A stretch of DNA of 64,000 nucleotides, from NCBI GenBank assembly GCA_963765575.1, contig CAVXWZ010000004.1, forward strand, positions 6,477 to 70,476, in the 5' to 3' direction. Below the pieces are notes generated by a model. The model had not been told where the DNA came from and ran no database searches. It worked only from the letters and a program-made list of their open reading frames with translations. The stretch comes from an uncultured cyanobacterium (lineage in GTDB: Bacteria > Cyanobacteriota > Cyanobacteriia > PCC-6307 > Cyanobiaceae). The position numbers and the translations under genes are program-made. Below, in pieces: positions 8,882 to 18,561 of the stretch (position 1 is the first letter of the stretch; each line of letters starts with the position of its first letter).

Positions 8882-9478
8882 GTGACGACGATTCCGATTG
8901 TGATTGAGGAGTCGGGCCGGGGCGAGCGGGCGTTCGACATCTATTCCCGTCTGCTGCGGGAGCGCATCGTGTTCCTTGGCGAGCAGGTGACGGCCGAATC
9001 TGCCAACCGCATCGTGGCCCAGTTGTTGTTTCTGGAGGCGGAGGACCCCGATCGCGACATCTTTCTGTACATCAACTCTCCCGGTGGTTCCGTCTATGAC
9101 GGGCTGGGAATCTTCGACACGATGCAGCACATCAAGCCCGATGTGCACACCGTCTGCGTCGGTCTGGCCGCCTCCATGGGGGCGTTTTTGCTCTGTGCCG
9201 GCACCAAGGGCAAGCGCAGCAGCCTCACCCACTCGCGGATCATGATCCACCAGCCCCTCGGCGGTGCCCGCGGCCAGGCCAGCGACATCCGCATCCAGGC
9301 CGATGAGATTCTCTACCTCAAGAAGAAACTCAACCAGGAACTGGCCGATCGCACCGGCCAAAGCCTCAGCCGCATCGAGGAAGACACCGACCGCGACTTC
9401 TTCATGTCGCCGGCCGAATGTGTGGCCTACGGCCTGATCGACAAGGTGATCGAAAAACGCTCCGTGCGCCCCGTCTGA
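8882..9478 (+). CDS. clpP: ATP-dependent Clp protease proteolytic subunit ClpP
   Basis: GTG start. [19 protein letters not shown]...[19 protein letters not shown]...[11 protein letters not shown]...IMIHQPLGG. Ser/His catalytic contexts are present. Confidence 0.95.
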   Translation: MTTIPIVIEESGRGERAFDIYSRLLRERIVFLGEQVTAESANRIVAQLLFLEAEDPDRDIFLYINSPGGSVYDGLGIFDTMQHIKPDVHTVCVGLAASMGAFLLCAGTKGKRSSLTHSRIMIHQPLGGARGQASDIRIQADEILYLKKKLNQELADRTGQSLSRIEEDTDRDFFMSPAECVAYGLIDKVIEKRSVRPV

Positions 9479-9498
9479 ACTTCACAGGCCAGATGGCC

Positions 9499-9521
9499 AG
9501 CCCGCCTGACGGCGGGCTTTT
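9499..9521 (+). terminator. Intrinsic terminator downstream of clpP
   Basis: agcccgcc-tgac-ggcgggct followed by TTT. Confidence 0.6.
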
Positions 9522-9573
9522 GACTGGGGATTCACATCCACCAGAACGTCAGCTCAGGCCACCAACAGTGAGC

Positions 9574-11535
9574 TCAGGCCTGAGCCGGCTGCGGTTCACG
9601 GGATCGGCCAGCATCCTGGCTTGCGTCGCTGTCTGGGAGCAGAGGGGAGAAACGGTCCTTCTCGGGAATGCTGGTGAACTCGGAGACGATGGCGCGGAAC
9701 TCATCGCCATCGAGGCTTTCCTTCTCGATCAGCACCTCCACCACCCGGTCCATGCACTCGCGATGTTGCGCCACCAGCTTCACCGTGTCGGCGTAGCAGC
9801 TGAGCACCATCTGGCGCACGGAATCATCCACCCGGCTGGCCATGCGGTCGGAGCCGTCACTGCGGGTCATCAGGTCGCGACCGAGAAACACTTCCTGATT
9901 GCCGGCCTCCAGCGAGAACTGGCCGATGTCACTCATGCCGAAGCGGGTGACCATCTGACGGGCGATCGAGGCCACCTGCTGGATGTCACCACCGGCACCG
10001 GTGGTCACCTCCTCGCGGCCGAACACCACGTCTTCGGCGGCGCGGCCCCCGAGGGCGCCCATGATGCGCGCGCGCAGCTGGGCCCTGCTCACCAGCATCT
10101 GTTCCTCATCGGGGGAAAACCAGGTGAGGCCCTGGGCCTGGCCGCGGGGGATCAGGGTGACCTTCTGCACGGGGTCGTGGGCCTTGACCAGGGTGCCCAC
10201 CAGGGCATGGCCCACCTCGTGATACGCGATCAGGCGCTTGCTGCGACCGTCGGTGAGCGACTTGCCCTCCATGCCGGCAATCACCCGATCCACGGCGTCG
10301 TCAATCTCGGCCAGCGAGGTGGACTCTTTGCGCCGCCGGGCCGTGAGGATGGCGGCCTCGTTGAGCAGGTTGGCCAGGTCGGCGCCGGAAAACCCTGGGG
10401 TGCGGCGGGCAATGATCTCCAGGCTCACGTCCTCGGCCAGCTTTTTGTCGCGGCTGTGCACCTTGAGGATCTCCAGGCGGCCCTTGATGTCGGGCACATC
10501 CACCATCACCTGGCGATCGAAGCGACCCGGGCGCAGCAGGGCCGAATCGAGCACGTCGGCCCGGTTGGTCGCGGCGATGATGATGATGCCGCTGTTGCCC
10601 TCGAAGCCGTCCATTTCGGTGAGCAGCTGGTTGAGGGTCTGCTCCCGCTCGTCGTTGCCGCCGCCCACGCCGGCACCCCGCTGGCGGCCCACAGCATCGA
10701 TTTCATCAATGAAGATCAGGCAGGGGCTGTTTTCCTTGGCGCGCTTGAACAGGTCGCGCACCCGGCTGGCCCCCACGCCCACGAACATCTCCACAAACTC
10801 GGAGCCCGAGAGGGCGAAGAACGGCACCCCGGCCTCACCGGCGATCGCCTTGGCCAGCAACGTTTTGCCGGTGCCGGGAGGGCCCACCAACAGCACACCC
10901 TTGGGAATGCGCGCGCCCACGGAGGTGAAGCGCTCCGGGGTCTTGAGGAAGGTCACCACCTCCTCGAGATCCTGCTTGGCCTCCTCCACGCCGGCCACGT
11001 CGCCAAACTTGACGCCGGTTTCGGCCTCCATGGCGAAGCGGGCCTTGGTCTTGCCGAACTGCATCGCCTGGCCCGGGCCCCCGGGCATGCCGCTGGAGCG
11101 GCGGGCCAGGAAGATCAGCGAGCCGATCAGCAGCAGCGGGAAGAGCAGATTGCCCAGGATCCCCACCACCGGCGGCGACTGGCGCGGCGGATGGATGTCG
11201 AAGCTGATGCCCTGGTCCTTGAGCTGGTTCACCAGCTCCGGGGCGACGCCGGGAAGATCGACCCGCAGCCGCTGCACCCGGTTGTCGAGGTCGGGATCGA
11301 CGGCCTCGATCACGGCACTGCGGCCGCCGTCATAGATGTCCACGGCGGTGACGCGACCGGCGTTCACGTAGTCGAGGAAGCGGCCGTAGCTCATCCGGGC
11401 CACGGCGGTGTTGCGCGGGGCGCTGGTGGGTCCGTTCGCTCCCAGGTTGCCGCTGCTCAGAACCTGCCAACCGAGGAAGGCCACCACCGCCACGGGCAGC
11501 AACCACAAAACAATCAGACGCCAGCGCTGGTTCAT
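9574..11535 (-). CDS. ftsH: ATP-dependent zinc metalloprotease FtsH
   Basis: [13 protein letters not shown] (Walker A), [17 protein letters not shown] (zinc site), N-terminal TM segments. Confidence 0.97.
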   Translation of the reverse strand: MNQRWRLIVLWLLPVAVVAFLGWQVLSSGNLGANGPTSAPRNTAVARMSYGRFLDYVNAGRVTAVDIYDGGRSAVIEAVDPDLDNRVQRLRVDLPGVAPELVNQLKDQGISFDIHPPRQSPPVVGILGNLLFPLLLIGSLIFLARRSSGMPGGPGQAMQFGKTKARFAMEAETGVKFGDVAGVEEAKQDLEEVVTFLKTPERFTSVGARIPKGVLLVGPPGTGKTLLAKAIAGEAGVPFFALSGSEFVEMFVGVGASRVRDLFKRAKENSPCLIFIDEIDAVGRQRGAGVGGGNDEREQTLNQLLTEMDGFEGNSGIIIIAATNRADVLDSALLRPGRFDRQVMVDVPDIKGRLEILKVHSRDKKLAEDVSLEIIARRTPGFSGADLANLLNEAAILTARRRKESTSLAEIDDAVDRVIAGMEGKSLTDGRSKRLIAYHEVGHALVGTLVKAHDPVQKVTLIPRGQAQGLTWFSPDEEQMLVSRAQLRARIMGALGGRAAEDVVFGREEVTTGAGGDIQQVASIARQMVTRFGMSDIGQFSLEAGNQEVFLGRDLMTRSDGSDRMASRVDDSVRQMVLSCYADTVKLVAQHRECMDRVVEVLIEKESLDGDEFRAIVSEFTSIPEKDRFSPLLPDSDASQDAGRSREPQPAQA

Positions 11536-11573
11536 AGCTGAGACAGTTTCTAACTGAGTGTAACGGCGGTGCC

Positions 11574-11867
11574 CTAGCCAGCGGTGGCCCAGCTCCCCAG
11601 CAGATCGTCCTGGCCGCTGCCGCTCTCGGCTCCACCCTCGGGGGCGGTGGGCTCAAGGGTGAGCTGGTACACGGGGATCGACTCCAGCATCTCCGCGCCG
11701 CCGAGCCCGTGGGTCCAGATCTCCAGTTCGGTTTCGTCGGGACACTGGAAACTCAGCAGCTCGAACGGGAATACCACGCGCTCCAGATAGAAGGCATCAG
11801 GTCCGATGCAACGCACGATCACCATGCGATCGGTGCCGTTGCGGTAGCCGCAGGTCAGCAGGTCCAA
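11574..11867 (-). CDS. DUF1830-family cyanobacterial protein
   Basis: [49 protein letters not shown]. The only canonical start is TTG 11867. See the finding on the in-frame upstream mini-ORF. Confidence 0.7.
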   Translation of the reverse strand: MDLLTCGYRNGTDRMVIVRCIGPDAFYLERVVFPFELLSFQCPDETELEIWTHGLGGAEMLESIPVYQLTLEPTAPEGGAESGSGQDDLLGSWATAG

Positions 11868-11949
11868 AAAATTCCCCCCAGCAAACAGTTGCGACCACTA
11901 AGCCATTGCCGCTCCCATTTGGATGGTCTCCTTAGCCACTGTTTCAGGG

Positions 11950-11976
11950 CTTGAAAGCCTGTCTTCAAGTTTTTTT
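11950..11976 (+). terminator. Orphan plus-strand intrinsic terminator in an intergenic gap flanked by minus-strand genes
   Basis: cttgaa-agcctgtc-ttcaag followed by seven T (11970-11976). There is no plus-strand CDS upstream. Confidence 0.55.
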
Positions 11977-12027
11977 CGGTTTTCTGTGTGGGTGCCCTGG
12001 CCAGGCCCCTGCCAGCGGCTTCAGCGC

Positions 12028-13257
12028 CTAGAGGCTGCGCAGGGCCACGATCGGGTCGAGTCGGGAAGCCCGCCGGGCCGGCACGACGCCGAAGAACAGG
12101 CCGATCGACCCCGAAACGGCCACGGTGATCAGCACCAACCCGGCACTGATCGTGGCCGGCAGCGGAGTCACCATCGCCGTCACGGTCACCGTGCCGAGGC
12201 CCACCACCGCACCCAGCACGCCGCCGAGGCTGGCCAGCACCAGCGACTCCACCAGGAACTGCCGCAGCACATCGCCACTGCGGGCGCCGAGGGCCTTGCG
12301 CAGACCGATCTCCGCGGTGCGCTCGCTCACCGACACCAGCATGATGTTCATGATGCCGATGCCGCCCACGAGCAACGACACGGCGCCGATGGCCCCCAGC
12401 ATCAGGGTGAGACCACCGGTGATGGTGCTCACGATCGTGAGCGCATCCTGCTGGGAGCGCACGGCGAAGTCGTCGTCCCGCAGGATGCGGTGCCGCTGGC
12501 GCAACAGGTTGGTGATCTGGAAGGCGGCGGCATTGATGCTGTCGGCATCACGGGCCTCCACGCTGATGAAATTGAGGCTGACCCCGTAGGTGGGATCCCG
12601 GCCCGACAGCCTGCTCACCATGGTGCTGAGGGGCACGTAGGCGTTTTCGTCCTGGTTCTGGCCGAACACGGCACCCTTGGGTTCCAGCACGCCCACCACC
12701 TCGAAGGGCTGGTTGCGGATCCGCAGCACCTGGCCGATGGCGGGCTTGGCCGGAAACATCTTGCTGGCCAGATCCGGACCGATCACGGCCACGCTGCGCA
12801 CGCCGCTGACGTCGCCCTGGGAGAGGAAGCGACCGCTGGCCACCTCAAACTGGCGAATCGGCAGAAATTCCGGGGTCACCCCGTTGATCGAGGCGGTGTT
12901 GCTCAGCCCCCCCGACGCCACCACCTCGCTGAGGGTGATCTGGGGTGCCACCCGGCCCACGCTGGGCACCTGCTCGGCGATCGCCTGGGCGTCCTCCAGC
13001 ACCAGTGTCTTGGGAAAATCGATCCCCTGGCGCCGCGTGTCGTTGCTGCCCGGCACCACAAAAAGCACATTGGCCCCCAGGTTGCTGAGCTGGCCCTCGG
13101 CCAGGTTCTGGGCGCCGCGACCGACCCCCACCAGGGTGATCACCGAGGCGTTGCCGATCACGATGCCGAGCATGGTGAGCAGGCTGCGCAGGCGGTTGGC
13201 CCGCAGCGTGGACAGGGCCATGCCCACGGTTTCGCCCATCGGCAGCCTGGAGCCCAT
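12028..13257 (-). CDS. ABC transporter permease, MacB/FtsX-like
   Basis: ALSTLRANRLRSLLTMLGIVIGNASVI...large periplasmic loop...GGIGIMNIMLVSVSERTAEIGLRKALGA...FFGVVPARRASRLDPIVALR. Confidence 0.85.
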   Translation of the reverse strand: MGSRLPMGETVGMALSTLRANRLRSLLTMLGIVIGNASVITLVGVGRGAQNLAEGQLSNLGANVLFVVPGSNDTRRQGIDFPKTLVLEDAQAIAEQVPSVGRVAPQITLSEVVASGGLSNTASINGVTPEFLPIRQFEVASGRFLSQGDVSGVRSVAVIGPDLASKMFPAKPAIGQVLRIRNQPFEVVGVLEPKGAVFGQNQDENAYVPLSTMVSRLSGRDPTYGVSLNFISVEARDADSINAAAFQITNLLRQRHRILRDDDFAVRSQQDALTIVSTITGGLTLMLGAIGAVSLLVGGIGIMNIMLVSVSERTAEIGLRKALGARSGDVLRQFLVESLVLASLGGVLGAVVGLGTVTVTAMVTPLPATISAGLVLITVAVSGSIGLFFGVVPARRASRLDPIVALRSL

Positions 13258-13277
13258 GACCTGTGCGCTTCTTGGTC

Positions 13278-15044
13278 CTAGACGATGGCGCCCAGGGTCT
13301 CCGGACTGTGGCTCCGGGTCACCCGGTGCACCTCACCCCGCTGCAGATCCAGGGTCACGATCTCGCCCTGCTGGAGATCGGCGATGGCGTTCACCACCCC
13401 CACGATCGCCGGAATGCCTGCGCTCTGGGCCATCAGGGCCGCGTGGCTGTTGCGGCCCCCCACCTCGGTGATCACCGCTTTGGCCTTGCGGATGGCCTCC
13501 ACATAGACGGAGGTGGTTTCGCGCACCACCAGGATTTCGCCGGTCTGGATGGCGGCGGCGGCCTCGGGGTTATCCACAAGCCGCACCCGGCCACTCACCG
13601 AGCCGGTGCCGATCGGCTCGCCTCGGGACAGCACCGCCGATACCAGCCCCACCTTGATGAAGTCGGTGGCGCCGCTGACGCCGGTGAGGGTGCCGGCGGT
13701 CTGCACCACCAGGTCGCCGTCCTGCAGGAAGCCCATCTCCCGGGCCAGCCCCATGGCGATGCTGAAGGTGCCCGTGGAGGAGCTGCGATCCTTCACCAGC
13801 AGCGGACTCACGCCCCAGCTGAGCTGGAGCTGGCGGGCCACCTGCTCCTCGCTGGTGATCGCCAGGATCGGCGTGCTGGGCCGGAACTTGCTCACATTGC
13901 GCGCCGTGGCCCCGCTCTCGGTGAGGGGCAGCACGGCTGCGGCGTTGAGGTTGCGGGCGATCGTGCTCACCGCCTGGCAGATGGCGTTGGGGATCGTGCT
14001 GGCCATGCGGCTGTCGATCACCCGCTGGGGATAATCGCGCTCGATGCGGCGGGCGATCGTGGCCATGGTGGCCACCGCCTCCACAGGGAAATCACCCACG
14101 GCGCTCTCATTGGAGAGCATCACGGCGTCGGTGCCATCGAGGATGGCATTGGCCACATCGCTCACCTCGGCGCGGGTGGGCCGCGGACAGCTCACCATCG
14201 AATCGAGCATCTGGGTGGCGGTGATCACCGGGATGCCGAGGCTGTTGGCCTTGCGGATCAGTTCCTTCTGCAGCAGCGGCACCTCCTCGGCGGGCATCTC
14301 CACCCCCAGGTCGCCGCGGGCCACCATCACCCCGTCGCAGAGCAACAGGATGTCGTCGATCTGATCGATGGCCTCGAACTTCTCGATCTTCGCCACCACC
14401 GGCGTGCGATGGCCGTGGCTGGCGATCAGCTGCTTGATCTCGAGCAGGTCGGAGGGATTGCGCACGAAGCTCAGGGCCACCCAGTCCACCCCCTGGTCGA
14501 GGCCGAAGGCCAGGTCGATGCGGTCCTTGTCGGTGAGGGCCCGGATCGAGAGCTGCACATCCGGGAAGTTCACCCCCTTGTTGTTGGAGAGCACCCCGCC
14601 CACGGTCACGCGGCACAGCAGGGTCTGCTCCGCCTGCTGCACCTCCGTCACCACCATCTCCACCCGGCCGTCGTCGAGCAGGATGCGGCTGCCCACCGGC
14701 ACTTCCTCGGCCAGGCCCCCATAGGTCACGGTGGCGATGGTCTCGTCGCAGGCCACCGGCCTGGAGGTGAGCCGGAAGCTGTCACCGGTATGCAGGGTGA
14801 TGGGGCCATCGGCGAAACGGCCCAGCCGGATCTTCGGGCCTTGCAGGTCCTGGAGGATGCCCACATGCACCCCCATGGCGCTGGCCACCTGGCGGATGGT
14901 GGTGATGCGGGCGGCGTGCTCGCTGTGATCGCCGTGGGAGAAATTGAGCCGGAAGGTGCTGGCACCGGCGTCAATCAAGTCTCGCAAACGCTCCGGTGAT
15001 TCGGTCGCGGGCCCGATCGTGGCCACGATCTTGGTGCGACGCAT
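13278..15044 (-). CDS. pyk: Pyruvate kinase with C-terminal PEP-utiliser-like domain
   Basis: Inner ATG of track ORF 13278..15857: MRRTKIVATIGPATESPERL...FRLNFSHGD...QDLQGPKIR...MVARGDLGVE. An alternative start at 15062 gives MHHRDL. The remaining 270 upstream codons are Arg/Pro/Gly junk. Confidence 0.93.
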   Translation of the reverse strand: MRRTKIVATIGPATESPERLRDLIDAGASTFRLNFSHGDHSEHAARITTIRQVASAMGVHVGILQDLQGPKIRLGRFADGPITLHTGDSFRLTSRPVACDETIATVTYGGLAEEVPVGSRILLDDGRVEMVVTEVQQAEQTLLCRVTVGGVLSNNKGVNFPDVQLSIRALTDKDRIDLAFGLDQGVDWVALSFVRNPSDLLEIKQLIASHGHRTPVVAKIEKFEAIDQIDDILLLCDGVMVARGDLGVEMPAEEVPLLQKELIRKANSLGIPVITATQMLDSMVSCPRPTRAEVSDVANAILDGTDAVMLSNESAVGDFPVEAVATMATIARRIERDYPQRVIDSRMASTIPNAICQAVSTIARNLNAAAVLPLTESGATARNVSKFRPSTPILAITSEEQVARQLQLSWGVSPLLVKDRSSSTGTFSIAMGLAREMGFLQDGDLVVQTAGTLTGVSGATDFIKVGLVSAVLSRGEPIGTGSVSGRVRLVDNPEAAAAIQTGEILVVRETTSVYVEAIRKAKAVITEVGGRNSHAALMAQSAGIPAIVGVVNAIADLQQGEIVTLDLQRGEVHRVTRSHSPETLGAIV

Positions 15045-15119
15045 GAGATCGCGGTGATGCATCGGTGCGTCTTGGACCGCGCCGAAACTACCATCGCTCC
15101 CCCTGTCAGAAGGATCTGC

Positions 15120-15449
15120 GTGGATCTGCACACCTACCAGCGCCGCTCCCGGCAGACGGCCCGTTACCCGGGGGCCGGCGCCAACCCCATCTATCCCACC
15201 CTCGGGCTCTGCGGCGAGGCCGGCGAGGTGGCCGACAAGGTGAAAAAGGTGCTCCGCGACCGCGGCGGTGAGTTCTCCCCTGAGGTGACGCGGGCCCTGG
15301 AGCTGGAGCTTGGCGATGTGCTCTGGTATGTGGCCCAGCTGGCCACCGAACTGGGTCTGGAGCTCGAGCAGGTGGCCCAGGCCAACCTCGACAAGCTGGC
15401 CAGCCGCGCCGCCCGTAACGTGATCGCTGGCGATGGAGACCACCGCTGA
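15120..15449 (+). CDS. MazG-like nucleotide pyrophosphohydrolase (small, single domain)
   Basis: GTG 15120 within track ORF 15054..15449: VDLHTYQRRSRQTARYP...LGLCGEAGEVADKVKK...ELGDVLWYVAQLATELGL. Confidence 0.8.
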   Translation: MDLHTYQRRSRQTARYPGAGANPIYPTLGLCGEAGEVADKVKKVLRDRGGEFSPEVTRALELELGDVLWYVAQLATELGLELEQVAQANLDKLASRAARNVIAGDGDHR

Positions 15450-15520
15450 ACCCCACCGACTTCCGCACCGTTGCCCCCAGCGACGGCCGCACCACAGGCC
15501 ACCGGGCCGGCCTGGCCCTG

Positions 15521-15991
15521 TTGCTGGTGGTGGTGCTGCTGCTGGCCCCCCTGCCCGCCTGGGCGGCCGGGCTGGTGGTGTCGGAGGTGACGCTCGAGCC
15601 CTGCCCCGCCGCCGACGTGGCCGCCCAGCCCGAGCTGCCGCGGCCCACGGGCGCCCGCTGCTATGCCCTGCGCGGGATGGTGGACAACCCCGCCCGCCGG
15701 CCGGTGTTCGACACCGATGTCTATGCCCGCATCCTCGACGCCAGCGGCGAGCCGGTGCTGCAGAACCGCACCCGGGTGGGCACGATCGGCGATGTGCCGC
15801 CGGGCCGTTCGGCCTTCGCCCTGCGGCTGGCGGTGCCGGCCGGCACCCCCGATCCACTCAGCTTCCGCAGTGTGAGTGCGCGGGGATTCAGCGCCCCGGT
15901 GCGCACCCGCGCCGGCGCAGACGATGAGCTGCTGCCGCTGGAGATGGATTTGGCCAGCGGTGACTGGGCCAGCGTCGACGGGGCCAGCTGA
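15521..15991 (+). CDS. Hypothetical exported protein
   Basis: TTG start. Hydrophobic N-terminus LVVVLLLAPLPAWAAG. The in-frame upstream codons (…GRTTGHRAGLALL) would make a better signal n-region, but there is no ATG/GTG/TTG there. Confidence 0.55.
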   Translation: MLVVVLLLAPLPAWAAGLVVSEVTLEPCPAADVAAQPELPRPTGARCYALRGMVDNPARRPVFDTDVYARILDASGEPVLQNRTRVGTIGDVPPGRSAFALRLAVPAGTPDPLSFRSVSARGFSAPVRTRAGADDELLPLEMDLASGDWASVDGAS

Positions 15992-16012
15992 TCGCGGCCC
16001 CTTGCCCGCTGA

Positions 16013-16300
16013 TCAGTAGAGCCCAGCCATCACGCTGTTGCTCAAGCTCCCCAGGATCCCCTGGCCGAAGCTGAGGGCCAGAAAGGCCAGGATCGCCGAG
16101 AGGTCGAGGCCGCCGATGGGAGGGATCAGGCCCCGGAACACGTTGAGGTAGGGATCGGTGATCGAACTCACGGTGCTGAGCACCGGATTGCTCCAGTCCA
16201 GGTTGGGAAACCAGGTGAGCAGCACCCGCACCAGCAGGATCAGCGAATAGATCTGCAGGGTGTTGCTGACCACAAGCAGCAGCTGGGCGAGAACTTCCAT
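16013..16300 (-). CDS. YggT-family membrane protein (Ycf19-like)
   Basis: MEVLAQLLLVVSNTLQIYSLILLVRVLLTWFPNLDWSNPVLSTVSSITDPYLNVFRGLIPPIGGLDLS. An alternative start at 16327 is possible. Confidence 0.85.
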   Translation of the reverse strand: MEVLAQLLLVVSNTLQIYSLILLVRVLLTWFPNLDWSNPVLSTVSSITDPYLNVFRGLIPPIGGLDLSAILAFLALSFGQGILGSLSNSVMAGLY

Positions 16301-16345
16301 GGGTGGCAGGGAAACGGGGGCAGTCAAGCCGAACTCTATGCAGCC

Positions 16346-16888
16346 CTACGCAGCTCGGGATGGCTGGCCCTCCACCTCTTCGGCCCGGATGGCGAAGGTG
16401 CGGTGAAACTTTTCGCTCAGGCTCAGCCAGTAGGAGCGCCCCTCGCTCTGGCGCCGGCGCTCGATGAAGTTCTGGGCCACCAGCTCCTTGATGTGCTCGT
16501 AGGCCCCGGAACCACGCAGCTCCACCAGCTCCGACTGCAGGATGCGTTTCCTCAGGGCGATCGTCGCCAGGGTGCGCAGGGTGGCGGTGGAGAGGTCCAC
16601 CGGCAGCATCGCCTGCACCAGGGAGGCCAGGCCATCGCGCAGCTGCAGGCTGTAGCGGCTGCCCTCCTGGCGCACCTCGAGGGCGGTGTCGCGATGGGCG
16701 TAGTCGGCCATCAGTGTGATCAGGCCCAGCTCCGCCGCATCCCGCTCCACCCCGGCCAGTTGCGCCAGTTCGCCCAGGCCCACCGGGCGGCCCTTGAGGT
16801 AGAGGATCGCCTCCAGCTGGGCCGGCAGCGAGAGGCCCGCGCCTTGGCCGGCCAGCACGGTGTCGGCGCCACCGCTGCGGTTGGCCAT
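16346..16888 (-). CDS. scpB: Segregation and condensation protein B
   Basis: LEAILYLKGRPVGLGELAQLAG...TLRTLATIALRKRILQSELVELRGSGAYEHIKELVAQNFI. Confidence 0.85.
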   Translation of the reverse strand: MANRSGGADTVLAGQGAGLSLPAQLEAILYLKGRPVGLGELAQLAGVERDAAELGLITLMADYAHRDTALEVRQEGSRYSLQLRDGLASLVQAMLPVDLSTATLRTLATIALRKRILQSELVELRGSGAYEHIKELVAQNFIERRRQSEGRSYWLSLSEKFHRTFAIRAEEVEGQPSRAA

Positions 16889-16940
16889 GAAACTGGGTGG
16901 GAACGGCTCAGGATCAGATAAGCAGCCCCCAGCCCGGGCT

Positions 16941-18488
16941 TCAACCCAGGAACAGCCGGTAGGCGGGGTTGGCGCTCTCGTCCCAGTGCTGGTAGTCCAA
17001 ACGGCCGAGGAAGGCCTGCCACTGCTGCCGTTCCGCCGCTGGTACCTGCAGCCCCACCACGATCCGCCCCACGTCGGAGCCGTGGTTGCGGTAGTGAAAG
17101 ATGCTGATGTTCCAGCTGGCCTGCAGGGCGTTCACAAAGGCCATCAGGGCGCCGGGCTTCTCCGGGAACTCAAAGCGGTAGAGCAGTTCATCCCCCTGCT
17201 CCATGGCCTCGCCGGCGCTGGCCGGCAGGCGGCCGCCCACCATGTGACGCAGGTGCAGCTTGGCCAGTTCGTTGGTGCTCAGATCCAGGCAGTGGAAGCC
17301 GGCGCTCTCCAGGTTGGCCACCAGGGTGTCGGTGTCGCCGCGGTCGCGAATCTGCACCCCCACGAAGATGTGCGCCAGGCGCGGGTCGGCCAGCCGGTAG
17401 CTGAATTCGGTGAGGCTGCGCTGGCCCAGGGCTGCGCAGAAGCGCCGCAGGCTGCCCGGCTGCTCGGGGATCTCCACCGCCAGCATCGCCTCGCGCTTCT
17501 CCCCCAGCTCGGCCCGCTCGGCCACGAAGCGCAGGCGATCGAAGTTCATGTTCGCCCCGCAGGCCACCGCCACCAGGCAGCGGTTGCGCAGCTGGCGGGC
17601 GGCCACGTCGGTCTTCATGCCGGCCACCGCCAGGGCACCGGCGGGCTCGAGGATCGAGCGGGTGTCTTCGAACACGTCCTTGATGGCGGCGCAGATCTCA
17701 TCGGTGCTCACCGTCACCATGCGGTCCACATGGCGCTGGGCCAGGGCGAAGGTGTGTCGCCCCACCTGACGGACGGCGACGCCATCGGCGAACAGACCCA
17801 CCTGCTCCAGCCGCACCCGCTCGCCGCAGGCCAGGGAGCGGGCCATGGCGTCGGCATCCACCGGCTCCACACCGATGATCTCCACCTCCGGCCAGAGCGC
17901 CTTCACATAGGTGGCGATGCCGGCGATCAGGCCGCCGCCGCCCACCGCCACGTAGATGCCATCGGGTGGGGTGGAGCACTGGCGCAGGATCTCCAGGGCG
18001 ATCGTGCCCTGGCCGGCGATCACGTCGGGATCGTCGAAGGGGTGGATGAAGCTGAGCCCCCGTTCGCTGGCCAGGCGGGTGGCCTCGGCGCAGGCGGCGT
18101 CGTAGTTGTCGCCGTGCAGCACCACCTCCGCCCCCCGGGCCGCCACCGCCCTCACCTTCATCTCCGGGGTGGTGACGGGCATCACGATCACGGCCCGGCA
18201 ACCCAACCGCTGGGCGCCCAGGGCCACGCCCTGGGCGTGGTTGCCTGCACTGGCGGCGATTACCCCCCGTTCCAGCTCCGCCGGGCTGAGGCCGGCCATC
18301 TTGTTGTAGGCACCGCGCAGCTTGAAGCTGAACACCGGCTGCAGGTCCTCGCGCTTGAGCAGCACCCGGTTGCCCAGCCGGCTGGAGAGGTTGGGCGCCT
18401 CATCGAGGGGCGACTCGATCGCCACGTCGTAGACGCGGGCCCGCAGGATCCGCTGCAGGTAGCCGTCGCTGGCGGGAGGCTGGCTCAT
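16941..18488 (-). CDS. ilvA: Biosynthetic threonine ammonia-lyase (threonine dehydratase)
   Basis: Inner ATG 18488 of track ORF 16941..18671: [28 protein letters not shown]...[21 protein letters not shown], followed by two C-terminal ACT-like regulatory repeats. Confidence 0.93.
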   Translation of the reverse strand: MSQPPASDGYLQRILRARVYDVAIESPLDEAPNLSSRLGNRVLLKREDLQPVFSFKLRGAYNKMAGLSPAELERGVIAASAGNHAQGVALGAQRLGCRAVIVMPVTTPEMKVRAVAARGAEVVLHGDNYDAACAEATRLASERGLSFIHPFDDPDVIAGQGTIALEILRQCSTPPDGIYVAVGGGGLIAGIATYVKALWPEVEIIGVEPVDADAMARSLACGERVRLEQVGLFADGVAVRQVGRHTFALAQRHVDRMVTVSTDEICAAIKDVFEDTRSILEPAGALAVAGMKTDVAARQLRNRCLVAVACGANMNFDRLRFVAERAELGEKREAMLAVEIPEQPGSLRRFCAALGQRSLTEFSYRLADPRLAHIFVGVQIRDRGDTDTLVANLESAGFHCLDLSTNELAKLHLRHMVGGRLPASAGEAMEQGDELLYRFEFPEKPGALMAFVNALQASWNISIFHYRNHGSDVGRIVVGLQVPAAERQQWQAFLGRLDYQHWDESANPAYRLFLG

Positions 18489-18561
18489 GGGGCCCAGTGT
18501 CGCAATCGGCACCGGAGGCCGGGATGCACGCCCTAGATTGCACCTCACTCCAAGGGTCGTG

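Noticed and set aside
9418-11541. 707-aa plus-strand ORF
   Set aside because: It is exactly antisense to ftsH. Its His/Ala/Gly/Leu-rich translation has no recognisable motifs. It is a typical shadow ORF of GC-rich DNA.
13263-14999. 578-aa plus-strand ORF and several nested ORFs
   Set aside because: It is antisense to pyruvate kinase with no motifs, so it is a shadow ORF.
15045-15857. 270-codon N-terminal extension of the pyruvate kinase ORF
   Set aside because: It is Arg/Pro/Gly-rich. It overlaps two well-supported plus-strand genes (MazG-like and the exported protein). The canonical PK N-terminus MRRTKIVATIGP begins at 15044.
18489-18561. Yfr1-like motif (cacctcactcc) in the ilvA-dxs divergent spacer
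   Set aside because: It only loosely resembles the ACUCCUCACAC core, and there are no flanking stem-loops or terminator.
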